Below are positions 9,077 to 19,124 of a stretch of DNA of 64,000 nt, piece by piece. Source of the stretch: Bacteroidales bacterium (GTDB lineage Bacteria; Bacteroidota; Bacteroidia; Bacteroidales; FEN-979); assembly GCA_023231005.1 (NCBI GenBank), contig JALNWG010000018.1:2549-66548 (forward strand), read 5' to 3'. The stretch's first letter is position 1. The number at the start of each line of letters is the position of its first letter. A program made the position numbers and the translations under genes. The notes beneath the pieces are model-generated. The model ran no database searches, was not told the origin of the DNA, and was given only the letters and a program-made list of their open reading frames with translations.

Positions 9077-12000
9077 TTAAATGATCACAAGTTTTTGTGA
9101 TATCTTGATCAAGCCTCCGTTGCTATCCTTAAAAATGATGTGATATGGATAGATTCCACTACTCAGTTTTTTCCCGTTTTCGTCGGTTCCATCCCAATAT
9201 ATGCGAAAACCATCCGTAATATTATCAGGGAAATTATCAGTTATTGTTTTAACCTGTTGCCCTGTTATATTAAAAATAGTAATGGTTACATTCAGGGATC
9301 CGGACAGCGTGGAGGAGGGATTAAAAACGAACCAGGTATCATTAAATAATGGATTAGGAACATTCATTACCTGTTGTACGCTCAGATCAGATTGATTGGA
9401 AACATAAAATGTAATTTCGCGTTCGGAAGCATTATTATACATATCCCATGCCTTCAATGATAATCTGTGAGTTCCCTTTGTCACCCCGTTTAAAGAATAG
9501 GTAATCGATCCTCGGGAGTATGAATTACAATCCGGTGAAAAGTAGTCGTTTAATACCTGTGAATGGGCACGGTCGTTATCCAGTACCATTTCTATTTCAT
9601 GGCCAATACCCAATCCAAAATAATTAATGCCATTGGTATCGAACAAATCAGCCAATAAGACAGGTGTTTGGGAGGTCTTTCCTCCGGAAACGAAAGAGCG
9701 GTTGTCAAGGTAAAGATGAATATCGGGACCTGTAGTCTCCGGATTGATAGAAGGATCGGTACCCCCAATAATGATTTTATCGGAATATCCTGCGGCAGAA
9801 GCCTGCTCATTAAATGCATAATAGCTTAATTTCCCTTTTCCAAACTCTAAAGAAACATCCTTGGGAAGAACACATGAGAACTGAAATCCTCCGTTTGTTA
9901 CCGAAACATCCCCTTTAAACAAGATGGAGTTTTGCGCTTTAAAAGGTTCGGGATAATTCTCTGGAGTTGGCTGGTTATAAAGACTCCCCAGCGTTACATA
10001 GGTCCGTGGCTTATCAAATACCGTAGCATTGAGTTTCCCGTTGAATGAAGTTACTTTTTGGCCCTGATCGTCTTCAATCTCACCAAGCACGGTCAGGTGT
10101 GATAAACCGCGTACCGTATCGGGCTGATTGAGCGCTTCGTTGTTAATGGATATGGTTTTTACCGAATAATCAGAAAAGGCGATACTCTGTGCCGGATCGC
10201 CCAATAATATGAAATTTCGAAGCAAAAAGTTATTGTCGTTGAAATTCTTGGATAATCTGATCAGGTCTCCCATTTTTATATAATTACCCTGCTCATCACG
10301 GTCCATCAAATGTTTGAAAAAGCTCGTATCCAATTTAATATTTTGACCTGCAAAAGCAAGCCGGGTCGTAGAATAGAGGGCGATGGCACCCCCGTTGGGA
10401 TGAAGGATCACTGTTTCCCCTGCGGTATATCGTTCCGGATTATCAAACCGACTGAACTCACAGGTGGCAGTAACAAAGACAGGGAGCTTGTTGTAGTTAC
10501 TCCAAGCCTCAATATCGGCCATGGTCAGCACCTGTTCAAAACTCCAGCCGGTTTCTCCCCCATGACCGGTATAATTGACTATAAGAGACCCCTTTGATAT
10601 CGCTTCATTCAGTGCTTTGTTGGCATCCGGGTAACGTGATCCGCCAGGTATTGCGACCCGTTTATAGGCATCAAAATAGATCTTGTTCACATTAAAAAGA
10701 GGATACCTTGCAGCCACAATTGCTGTTACCTCCTCAGCCTGGTGGAGATGCAGGTTCAAGTTCTCATCGTCGGCAACAAAAGTGAACGTATTGCGCCAAT
10801 CACCGGTTACCGGTGAAACCATTTCAGAATAATGAATAATTTTATTGACCATGATTTGTGCTTCATCCACCGTAGAAACCGGGAAGCGTCCGATACCGAT
10901 ATCAATTGCCCCATTACATTCATATCCCCCGGTTTCTCCCAGAATACCAAAAAAATCGTCGGAGACATAGCTGCTGGTCGGAGAAAGTGATTCCAAAGAC
11001 TGGAAAGTAGGCACAAAATTATTATTTCCCGGGATTCGGTTTTTGGGATCATAGGATCCGTCTCCGAACAACAGCAGATATTTGGGACGGTTAGTAATGG
11101 AACTTTCATCATAGAGCAGTTTCATAAAATCCCGGATGGACGAAACATCAGGATTTCCGGATGCAAACTCATTATATATCATCTGAGTTTCTACCACTTT
11201 TACAGTGATTCCGTTGTGAGCCCGGTGAAATTCCGCCAATTGATCGGCTTGATTCCGGAACAAAGGATGGGTTACAATGACCAATGTTGAAGATTCATCG
11301 GCATGAAGATTTTGATTGGGGACTTCCCCGGAAAATGTTATGGGATAATACGAAGTACCGTCAAAACCAATGAATTGCCGCAAACTGTCGGTCGACAATT
11401 TGAATTTCAAGGTACTGTCGGTCAGTGTTCCGGTAACAGATCCGACCTCGGAAGCATCTGTTACATCCCATATCGTGATGGACGGAGTTGCTTTTTGAAT
11501 GATAAATTCGGTGATTTTACCTGTTCCAATCGAGTTGGCATCACGAAACGAAAGCTGAGGCCCTACCCAGATCAAGTTGCGGGCACAGGAAAGTTCAATA
11601 TAGTTTAACCATCCCAATGAACTGGCATCAGGAGGGGAATATGACAGGGTCAGCAACTGAGTGGAAGCAGGCTTCAATACCCAGGTTTGCTTTAATTTCG
11701 ATTTGCAATACCGGGTATTATCCCCAGGATCGGTGGCCTCAACTTTCATTGAATCGATCCGCTGACCATTGGAAAAAAGAAAAAAATAACTGGCACTGGA
11801 TGATTTCGAAGCAACATAAGTCCGGATACGCATGGAAGACATGGAGTCGATATTGGGAAAACAGAAAGGGATTTCCAAGGTATTTTCCACATTATCAAAT
11901 TGTTCACCAAACCATTCTTTTCCGGATTTTATCAGATTACGCAGATCCAATTCGTGAAGCTGATAATCATCAAAGCGACGGGAATAGGAATTGGCTGAAC

Positions 12001-12505
12001 CGGATGCCGGGGTAACAGGTTGTATCCTTTTTCCATCACCGGTATCAACATTTAAAAAATAGAAAGTAGAATCGGAATAAATATTCTTCTGATGGGTAAA
12101 AATGTGTGTAACATTATTATAAGTCCATTTGTCGGGCGATTCGCCATAAAACAAGATATAGTCCTCCGGACCGAAATGACCATCTCCTCCGTCGTTGACC
12201 AGAATGGCATTTTCTTTCAAGTCATCGATTCGGGCAAGTGCATTACTTTCCGGGAGCATTCCTGCTCCATTTCCAAAAAGACGGATTTTTGATGGGACTA
12301 AGGTAGTCAGATCGATTCCCATCAATTCCAGATCACTAGCGCTAATCTTATGAATGCCTGATTGTGTTACGGCAATTTTGTACCAGTGACCCGTAGCCAA
12401 AACAGATGCCTTTTTATGCGGCAGGCTCGCAAATAACAAGGCAGGAAGAAGAAAAAAAAGAAGTTGTAAACAGGTTTTTCGAAGCATAGTATAAAAGATA
12501 TGCAA
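9077..12505 (-). CDS. porU: T9SS C-terminal signal peptidase PorU (peptidase C25 family), shorter paralog
   Basis: 1142 aa. The gingipain-type catalytic region carries NYTGHGGETGW (His) and LPVFVTATCEFSRFDNPER (Cys). It also has IRLFGNGAGMLPESNA and a C-terminal T9SS-type beta-sandwich (..GIYPYHIIFKDSNGGLIKISQKLVII). It is adjacent to porV. An alternative start is M at 12487. Confidence 0.8.
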   Translation of the reverse strand: MHIFYTMLRKTCLQLLFFLLPALLFASLPHKKASVLATGHWYKIAVTQSGIHKISASDLELMGIDLTTLVPSKIRLFGNGAGMLPESNALARIDDLKENAILVNDGGDGHFGPEDYILFYGESPDKWTYNNVTHIFTHQKNIYSDSTFYFLNVDTGDGKRIQPVTPASGSANSYSRRFDDYQLHELDLRNLIKSGKEWFGEQFDNVENTLEIPFCFPNIDSMSSMRIRTYVASKSSSASYFFLFSNGQRIDSMKVEATDPGDNTRYCKSKLKQTWVLKPASTQLLTLSYSPPDASSLGWLNYIELSCARNLIWVGPQLSFRDANSIGTGKITEFIIQKATPSITIWDVTDASEVGSVTGTLTDSTLKFKLSTDSLRQFIGFDGTSYYPITFSGEVPNQNLHADESSTLVIVTHPLFRNQADQLAEFHRAHNGITVKVVETQMIYNEFASGNPDVSSIRDFMKLLYDESSITNRPKYLLLFGDGSYDPKNRIPGNNNFVPTFQSLESLSPTSSYVSDDFFGILGETGGYECNGAIDIGIGRFPVSTVDEAQIMVNKIIHYSEMVSPVTGDWRNTFTFVADDENLNLHLHQAEEVTAIVAARYPLFNVNKIYFDAYKRVAIPGGSRYPDANKALNEAISKGSLIVNYTGHGGETGWSFEQVLTMADIEAWSNYNKLPVFVTATCEFSRFDNPERYTAGETVILHPNGGAIALYSTTRLAFAGQNIKLDTSFFKHLMDRDEQGNYIKMGDLIRLSKNFNDNNFLLRNFILLGDPAQSIAFSDYSVKTISINNEALNQPDTVRGLSHLTVLGEIEDDQGQKVTSFNGKLNATVFDKPRTYVTLGSLYNQPTPENYPEPFKAQNSILFKGDVSVTNGGFQFSCVLPKDVSLEFGKGKLSYYAFNEQASAAGYSDKIIIGGTDPSINPETTGPDIHLYLDNRSFVSGGKTSQTPVLLADLFDTNGINYFGLGIGHEIEMVLDNDRAHSQVLNDYFSPDCNSYSRGSITYSLNGVTKGTHRLSLKAWDMYNNASEREITFYVSNQSDLSVQQVMNVPNPLFNDTWFVFNPSSTLSGSLNVTITIFNITGQQVKTITDNFPDNITDGFRIYWDGTDENGKKLSSGIYPYHIIFKDSNGGLIKISQKLVII

Positions 12506-12515
12506 AAATAGACAT

Positions 12516-15500
12516 TTACCTGATCACTACCAATTTTGAGGTTTGTCTTTTTGCCGAACCATCGGGGAGCATCACTTGTAATTGATAAACATACAATCCG
12601 GAGGAGATTGACTGACCTTGATCCGTAGTTCCATCCCAATGAATTTTGGTTGCCCGGAAAGCTTGTGAATATAATGTTTCATGTAATGTTTTAAGGAGCC
12701 TTCCATTCAAAGTAAAAATCCTGATCTCAACTTCCAGGGGCTGATCAATTTGATTGGTCTCCCAGCAAAAAGTAGTCTGGTCACGCATCGGATTCGGATA
12801 ATTGTAAAGATGTTCCAGCGCGAAACTTGCTGAAGGAACAACTAAAAAGCTGATGGAAGCTTCGGAAGAGTTATTGTATACGTCCCAAACTTTCAAGGTC
12901 AAATGATGTTCGCCTTCCTCCAGAGCAGTCAATGGATAGGTAATTACCCCACTTTTGTATGTGTCGAGGTTAGATACATAGTAATCGTTCAGGATCACCG
13001 GATCCATTGTTTTATCATCAATTACGATGGTAATATCATGACCGATCCCATTGCCAACGGTATTGATTCCGGAAGAGTCGCTGATATCTGCAAGCAAGGT
13101 AGGATCTTGATCGGTTACTCCGCCGGAGATAAAATTCCGGTCGTTCATATAAAGGGCTATTTCGGGGCCCAGGTCATCGGGAAGTGCCGAGTTGTTATAG
13201 CCTCCTACCTGGATCTGATCATCATATCCATTGGCATCGGTTTCACTACTGCGTGCATAATAGCTGATTTTTCCGGCACCATATTGGTACGCTATGTCCT
13301 TTGGTACGATAAACGTGAACGAAAATGAACCATCCTTCACAACAACTTGCCCTTTATATACCGGATTTTTTTGCAGGGAAAAAGGATATTTAGGACCCTC
13401 ATCCTGGTTCGCTTTTGTCCAGTTTTCTATAGCTTTATCGAATACTGTTGGAAAAACCGTTCCATTGAAATTCTCAACATTATTTCCATTGGCATCCGTA
13501 ATTTTTCCGGTAATGGTCATCACGGTCAGAGCTTTCAAGGTATCGGGAGCTGAATCAGGGGAGTCCTGATGAATGGAAGTAGTAACAACATTCAGATTGG
13601 GATAAACCAATTGCATGGCAGGATCCCCCAACAATACAAACGAATGAATATTGGGGCTAATGTTCAAATCTTTTTTGGCTGCCATTAAAAGGTCACCCAA
13701 TTTCAAATATTTTCCGTTGGTTTGTTTTAATACAGAATTGTAAAAATTGACCAGGAGATTCTGGTTGGGTCCTGCAGAAGTGAGACGTGTGGTTGTAAAG
13801 AGGGCGACACCTCCCCCTTTTTCATTGAGAAACACCCATTCGCCGGCAGAAATCCGTTCAGGATCATCGAAACGGCTGAATTCGCAGGTTGCCGTAACGA
13901 AAACCGGCAGGTTGTTGAAATTACTCCAGTTTTTAATATCCGGAACCTCCAGGATCCGTTCATGGGCCCACCCTACTTCCCCACCATGGCCGATGTAATT
14001 CATGATCAGGCAACCTTTTTCAACCCGTTTATTGATGGCTTCATTTACCTCCGGATATCGTTTTCCACCGGGGGTACTAATCATATTATAGGCATCCGAA
14101 TAAATTTTATCGATGTTATAATCCTTATAGGTCGTGTCGATAAATTTTGCCAGATCTTCCGAATATTCAATAAATGCATTTCCTCCTTCATTCTGATCAT
14201 CTGCAACAAATGTAAAAACGTTTCTCCAGTCATTTTTAACGGCATCATTGTTTTCACAATAGTGCAGGATTTTATTCACCGAAGCCGTGGCCTGCTGGAG
14301 TGATGAAACCGGTAACCGGCCAATGCCTAAATCAAGTTCACCACTGGCGTTTTGACCCTCAGAGGCATCAAGCTTCCCATAATAGTCGTCGGATATAAAG
14401 GAATCTTTCGGCGACAACGAGTTGACCGATTCAAAAGCGGGAACATAATTTGTATTGTTGTTGGTTCTGTTTTTATAATCATAGGAAGCATCTCCAAAGA
14501 GAAGGAGATACTTGGGTTCCTTCCCCGGGATGGCTTTATCGTATAACATCTTAACGAAATCACGAATGGCGGTCACATCCTGTGCTCCGGATGAAAATTC
14601 CTGATAGATTTTATCCGGAGTGGTAATGAAAACAGAAAATCCGTCTTTCTCGCGATGAAACTGAGCCAGGCGTTCGGCCTGAGAAAGAAAATCGGGATGG
14701 CATACGATAATAAAATCCGGGACTTCTACTGCGTGCAGGTTCTGATTTTCAACCCTTGCAATAAATTCGGGTTTGTAAAAAGATCCTCCGTCAAAAGAAA
14801 GGAACTCACGAAGTGTATTTGTTTCAACCCTGAAAATATAGTTATTCCCTGATTTTGTTGGTTCCAGTTGCCGGATATCTCCTCCGCTGCTAACATCCCA
14901 AATGAGAAGGTTCTGTCCATTTCCATTGAGCGTGAATTCCGTAACCCCATTGGCCATTGTTCCCGAAACGGATCGGAATCCCATTTGGGAGCCCGATTGC
15001 GTAAGGAGCCGGGTAGCATTAACTTCCAGATAATTAAGATAGCCAACCGAACTGACCGAACTTTTATTATATACCAGGTTGATTGTAGTGACAGGATTGT
15101 CGGTATAAAAAGCAGCTGATGAACGCTTTTCAGTGGCGTATTCACTTGAATAATCGATGCCGATCGAACTCAGACTAATCGACATCAAGGATTTTCCCTG
15201 TGCTTTGACAATAAACGAGGTACTTCCGGTTGTCGACCGGGCAGCCACATACGCAGTAACAGTTACGGGGTTAACCAGGTCAATATTGGGGAAGCTGAAG
15301 GCATAATTCCGGCTGGTGGTGATATCGAAGTTTTCTTTGTCCCACCATTCCCTTCCTGATTTGATAAAATTAAGATCATCCTTCTCATAAAATGCAAAAT
15401 CTTCAAATCTGTTTACATAATAAGTAGGAGTTGCAGTTGAAGAAGGCTGGGTGGTAATTCGTTTTCCCTGTCCCTGGTCTACCGTTAAAAAATAGAAAGA

Positions 15501-16331
15501 CTGGTCACTATAAATATTTTTCTGATGGTGAAATAAATGGTCCGAATTGTTGTAAGCCCATTTATCTGGTGATCCGCCATAAAACAGGATATAATCCCCC
15601 GGATCAAAACGGCCATCTTCTTCACCATAAACAAAAATTGTGTTTTCCATCAGATCATCAATGCGGAAAGTAGCATTGGCTTCCGGGAGCATCCCGCCTC
15701 CATTACCAAAGATCCGGATATTTCTGGGATCAATGTTTCCCACATCGATCCCGTCTGTTTTCAGATCATCATAGGTAAGTTGATGGATCCCCGCGGATCT
15801 GACAGCAAATTTATACCAGGTACCTTGGGCTAAAACGGAATTCAGGGCATAGCCTTTCGAAGATTTTTCCACCTGTTGCGCTTCTGGATTCAGGGTTACC
15901 TCCAGGGTAAAGGAGACCAGTTTTTCATAAGCTCCGGTAACCGGATTTTTTCGCAGTGGCAACAAGGTAATTCTCAGAGACGGGACTTTCCGCTGTACTC
16001 TTAATTCATGAAAAACAGCCAGGGTATCCGGAATTAACCCCGGTGGGCAGGTATTAGTAAAAAAAGATGAATCAAGGGGTTGATAAACCGGGTCGTTTAC
16101 GACTATCGATTTAATCTGATATTCCTCCGAAGTTAGCGGAAAAAGTTTGAGATACAGGGGCCATTCTTCAAATTTTTCGTAAGTGATAGCACCACGAAAA
16201 GTAAGTGGTTTTGTCACGCCCCAAGACAGCACGACTTTTTCACTGAAAGTTGGCTGAGCTGAAAGGATCGATACTCCTGTCAGAGAAAGAAAGAACATGA
16301 TCAGGAATGGAGTAGCGTATTTTACGTTCAT
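12516..16331 (-). CDS. Second PorU-type C25 peptidase (longer paralog with extra N-terminal ~130 aa)
   Basis: 1271 aa. It aligns colinearly by eye with the 9077-12505 product: IRIFGNGGGMLPEANA, PKYLLLFGDASYDYKNR, DWRNVFTFVADDQN, NYIGHGGEVGW, LPVFVTATCEFSRFDDPER, LLGDPAM. The C-terminal sorting domain ends ..GLYVYQLQVMLPDGSAKRQTSKLVVIR. A 10-nt gap separates it from the next gene. Confidence 0.8.
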   Translation of the reverse strand: MNVKYATPFLIMFFLSLTGVSILSAQPTFSEKVVLSWGVTKPLTFRGAITYEKFEEWPLYLKLFPLTSEEYQIKSIVVNDPVYQPLDSSFFTNTCPPGLIPDTLAVFHELRVQRKVPSLRITLLPLRKNPVTGAYEKLVSFTLEVTLNPEAQQVEKSSKGYALNSVLAQGTWYKFAVRSAGIHQLTYDDLKTDGIDVGNIDPRNIRIFGNGGGMLPEANATFRIDDLMENTIFVYGEEDGRFDPGDYILFYGGSPDKWAYNNSDHLFHHQKNIYSDQSFYFLTVDQGQGKRITTQPSSTATPTYYVNRFEDFAFYEKDDLNFIKSGREWWDKENFDITTSRNYAFSFPNIDLVNPVTVTAYVAARSTTGSTSFIVKAQGKSLMSISLSSIGIDYSSEYATEKRSSAAFYTDNPVTTINLVYNKSSVSSVGYLNYLEVNATRLLTQSGSQMGFRSVSGTMANGVTEFTLNGNGQNLLIWDVSSGGDIRQLEPTKSGNNYIFRVETNTLREFLSFDGGSFYKPEFIARVENQNLHAVEVPDFIIVCHPDFLSQAERLAQFHREKDGFSVFITTPDKIYQEFSSGAQDVTAIRDFVKMLYDKAIPGKEPKYLLLFGDASYDYKNRTNNNTNYVPAFESVNSLSPKDSFISDDYYGKLDASEGQNASGELDLGIGRLPVSSLQQATASVNKILHYCENNDAVKNDWRNVFTFVADDQNEGGNAFIEYSEDLAKFIDTTYKDYNIDKIYSDAYNMISTPGGKRYPEVNEAINKRVEKGCLIMNYIGHGGEVGWAHERILEVPDIKNWSNFNNLPVFVTATCEFSRFDDPERISAGEWVFLNEKGGGVALFTTTRLTSAGPNQNLLVNFYNSVLKQTNGKYLKLGDLLMAAKKDLNISPNIHSFVLLGDPAMQLVYPNLNVVTTSIHQDSPDSAPDTLKALTVMTITGKITDANGNNVENFNGTVFPTVFDKAIENWTKANQDEGPKYPFSLQKNPVYKGQVVVKDGSFSFTFIVPKDIAYQYGAGKISYYARSSETDANGYDDQIQVGGYNNSALPDDLGPEIALYMNDRNFISGGVTDQDPTLLADISDSSGINTVGNGIGHDITIVIDDKTMDPVILNDYYVSNLDTYKSGVITYPLTALEEGEHHLTLKVWDVYNNSSEASISFLVVPSASFALEHLYNYPNPMRDQTTFCWETNQIDQPLEVEIRIFTLNGRLLKTLHETLYSQAFRATKIHWDGTTDQGQSISSGLYVYQLQVMLPDGSAKRQTSKLVVIR

Positions 16332-16486
16332 GTTATCGTTTCAAAGGTATACTAAAAGACAAATCTTTAACGAGAAAGGTTGCTTTATTTAAACGCTGTA
16401 TGTCAATGAATATTGTCAAATATGATTTTCGGAAACTAAAATTTTCCGTAATATTGTACGTTCTAAATGTTACATATCGTTAAATT

Positions 16487-17458
16487 ATGATGGGTGACCG
16501 AAAGACGAAAGTTTTTCTTTTTGTTTGTATGCTTATGATTCGTTCGGTTTATGCCCAGGATCCGGAATTTTCACAGTTTTATGCCAACCCTCTTTATTTA
16601 AATCCCGCGTTGGCAGGAATGACCATCTGTCCTAAGATCAATGTCAATTACCGGAATCAATGGCCCGGTCTGGATCAGGCTTTCATTACCTACAATGCCT
16701 CCTTCGATATGTATGTCAACGCCCTTCATGGTGGAATTGGCCTGATTGTTACCTCAGATCAGGCTGGGGCAGGAAGCATCAATACTACGATGATTGCCGG
16801 AATGTACGCATACAAATTCAACATCACCAGCCGTTTGCAGGCAAGCGGGGCATTGAAAGTCGGTTATTACATGCGGAATCTGGCCTGGGATAAGTTAACA
16901 TTCGGAGATACTACCCAGCAAGAACCGACAGAAAATTTACGAACTTCCATAGGAGTTGCTGATTTCAGTGCAGGGATATTTTTGAGTTACGATGATCTTA
17001 TTTATGGAGGGATTGCAGTAGATCATTTATCGCAACCCAATACGGGATTTTACACCAATAAAACTTCTCCTCTTTACATGAAGTACACCATTCATGTCGG
17101 TTCAGTCATCAATTTAAAGGGAGGAAAAATAGCTGACGAAGAACGTGAATTTTCCATCTCTCCCAATATTTTATACCAACAACAATATAATTTTCATCAA
17201 TTAAACATTGGATTATATCTTACCATTGATCCATTTATCGGGGGATTGTGGTTCAGGCATAACTTTGAGAATGCAGATGCTGTGATTCCCATGTTAGGTT
17301 TTCACTGGAAGAATTTACGGGTAGCTTATAGTTACGATTTTACCGTTAGTAAACTGAAGGGCGCATCGGGCGGTGCTCATGAAGTTTCCGCTTCCTGGCA
17401 ATTTCCCTGTATTGAAAAAAGAAGACACATCAGGGCAATAAAATGCCCAAGGTTTTAG
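16487..17458 (+). CDS. PorP/SprF-family T9SS membrane protein
   Basis: 323 aa with a signal peptide ending ..VYAQ, followed by DPEFSQFYANPLYLNPALAG (the PorP/SprF hallmark). It also has GGIGLIV, GIAVDHLSQPN and the C-terminal end ..AHEVSASWQF..IKCPRF. Confidence 0.8.
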   Translation: MMGDRKTKVFLFVCMLMIRSVYAQDPEFSQFYANPLYLNPALAGMTICPKINVNYRNQWPGLDQAFITYNASFDMYVNALHGGIGLIVTSDQAGAGSINTTMIAGMYAYKFNITSRLQASGALKVGYYMRNLAWDKLTFGDTTQQEPTENLRTSIGVADFSAGIFLSYDDLIYGGIAVDHLSQPNTGFYTNKTSPLYMKYTIHVGSVINLKGGKIADEEREFSISPNILYQQQYNFHQLNIGLYLTIDPFIGGLWFRHNFENADAVIPMLGFHWKNLRVAYSYDFTVSKLKGASGGAHEVSASWQFPCIEKRRHIRAIKCPRF

Positions 17459-17575
17459 TTATACAATGAACTGAAAATATTTTAATTAAAAAGTTCATCA
17501 CAAACCTGGAGGAATTTTTCACAAAGGATTGATAATCTTGGAAAATTTCGGTAGGTTTGCAAAAATTTTCAACGG

Positions 17576-19051
17576 ATGAAAATTCAACGATTTTTTCAGA
17601 TTGGCGCAATGACGGCCGCCGTCGTTTTACTCTTTGCCTGTAAAAAGGAGGCTTCCCGTTCTACAGGTTGGGAATATAACAATCCCAAAAACGGAGGATT
17701 TGAAGTGAATCAATTTGCAGCACAGCAAACCGGGCCTGGTTTGGTTTTCATCGAAGGAGGCACCTTTACCATGGGTGAAACCGAGGATGATGTGATGTTC
17801 GAATGGAATAACCAGCCGCGCCGGGTTACCGTTGCCAGCTTTTACATGGATGAAACAGAGGTCCGTAACCTGGATTATCTGGAATATCTGTACTGGCTTA
17901 ACCGGGTATATGGAACCGATTATCCCGGCGTTTACCGCAAAGCCCTCCCGGATACCCTGGTATGGCGTGAAAGGCTGGCTTACAATGAACCTATCGTTGA
18001 ATACTACTTCCGTCATCCAGCCTATCGGAACTATCCGGTTGTAGGCGTTACCTGGAACCAGGCCAACGATTATTGTTTATGGCGTACTGACCGGGTGAAC
18101 GAAATGCTGCTCATTAAGAAAGGCATTTTATCAATGGATCCGGCTCAAAAGAATGAAAACAATTTCAACACAGAAGCATACCTTGCCGGACAATATGAAG
18201 GTTTGGTCGACAAACCATTACCCGATTTGAATCCCAATGGTACGGGTACCCGTAAAGTGAAAATGGAAGATGGCATTATGCTTCCGAAATACCGGCTGCC
18301 TACCGAAGCTGAATGGGAATATGCTGCTCTTGGTCTCATCGGAAATACCTTGTATGAACGGGTGGTAGAAAGGAAAAACTATCCCTGGAACGGGAGTTCT
18401 GTTCGCACTTCCGAATCAAAATATTATGGCAGCTTCATGGATAACTTCAAACGGGGAAAAGGAGATTATATGGGTGTAGCTGGTAACCTTAACGATGGGT
18501 CTGCTATTCCCGCTCCCTGCGGATCCTATTTCCCGAACGATTATGGCCTTTACAATATGGCCGGAAACGTAAGTGAATGGGTACTTGATGTATACCGTCC
18601 GTTGAACAGTTATGAGGTTTCTGACCTTCATCCATTCCGGGGTAATGTATTCAAAACCCCTATCCGGGATGCAGAAGGCTTTTTAGCTGAAAAAGACAGC
18701 CTTGGCCATATCAAATACCGCGACATTACCACCGCCGAAGCCTTGAACCGGAAAAATTATCGGCAAGCAGATAATATTAATTACCTTGATGGTGACTTTG
18801 CTTCGAATATCGACAATAACGTTTGGAGAGAAACGGGGAAAGATTCCAGCGCTACCAACCTGATGTACCAATATGGCATTACCTCTATGATCAGCGATCA
18901 TGCCAGGGTTTATAAAGGAGGCAGCTGGAAAGATCCTGCCTATTACATGAGTCCCGGTACCCGTCGCTATCTCGATGAAAACGATGCCTCTTCTGCCATT
19001 GGCTTCCGTTGCGCTATGACCCGCGTCGGCGGATCGATTGCCGGAAAATAA
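17576..19051 (+). CDS. gldJ: Gliding-motility/T9SS lipoprotein GldJ (FGE-sulfatase/SUMF1 fold)
   Basis: 491 aa with lipobox LLFAC. STGWEYNNPKNGGFEV..QQTGPGLVFIEGGTFTMGETEDD..RRVTVASFYMDETEVRN fits GldJ rather than GldK/PorK. The porV-porU...gldJ-murF order matches the arrangement I recall for Flavobacterium johnsoniae. Confidence 0.75.
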   Translation: MKIQRFFQIGAMTAAVVLLFACKKEASRSTGWEYNNPKNGGFEVNQFAAQQTGPGLVFIEGGTFTMGETEDDVMFEWNNQPRRVTVASFYMDETEVRNLDYLEYLYWLNRVYGTDYPGVYRKALPDTLVWRERLAYNEPIVEYYFRHPAYRNYPVVGVTWNQANDYCLWRTDRVNEMLLIKKGILSMDPAQKNENNFNTEAYLAGQYEGLVDKPLPDLNPNGTGTRKVKMEDGIMLPKYRLPTEAEWEYAALGLIGNTLYERVVERKNYPWNGSSVRTSESKYYGSFMDNFKRGKGDYMGVAGNLNDGSAIPAPCGSYFPNDYGLYNMAGNVSEWVLDVYRPLNSYEVSDLHPFRGNVFKTPIRDAEGFLAEKDSLGHIKYRDITTAEALNRKNYRQADNINYLDGDFASNIDNNVWRETGKDSSATNLMYQYGITSMISDHARVYKGGSWKDPAYYMSPGTRRYLDENDASSAIGFRCAMTRVGGSIAGK

Positions 19052-19063
19052 TTGAACAACCTG

Positions 19064-19103
19064 AAAAAAACCCCATTTCGGTGATGAGATGGGGTTTTTT
19101 TTT
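19064..19103 (+). terminator. Rho-independent terminator after gldJ
   Basis: An A-run is followed by a 9-bp stem CCCCATTTC/GAGATGGGG (one G-U pair), a 6-nt loop and a 9-T run (19095-19103). Confidence 0.7.
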
Positions 19104-19124
19104 ATCTTGCCACGTATTTACTAA

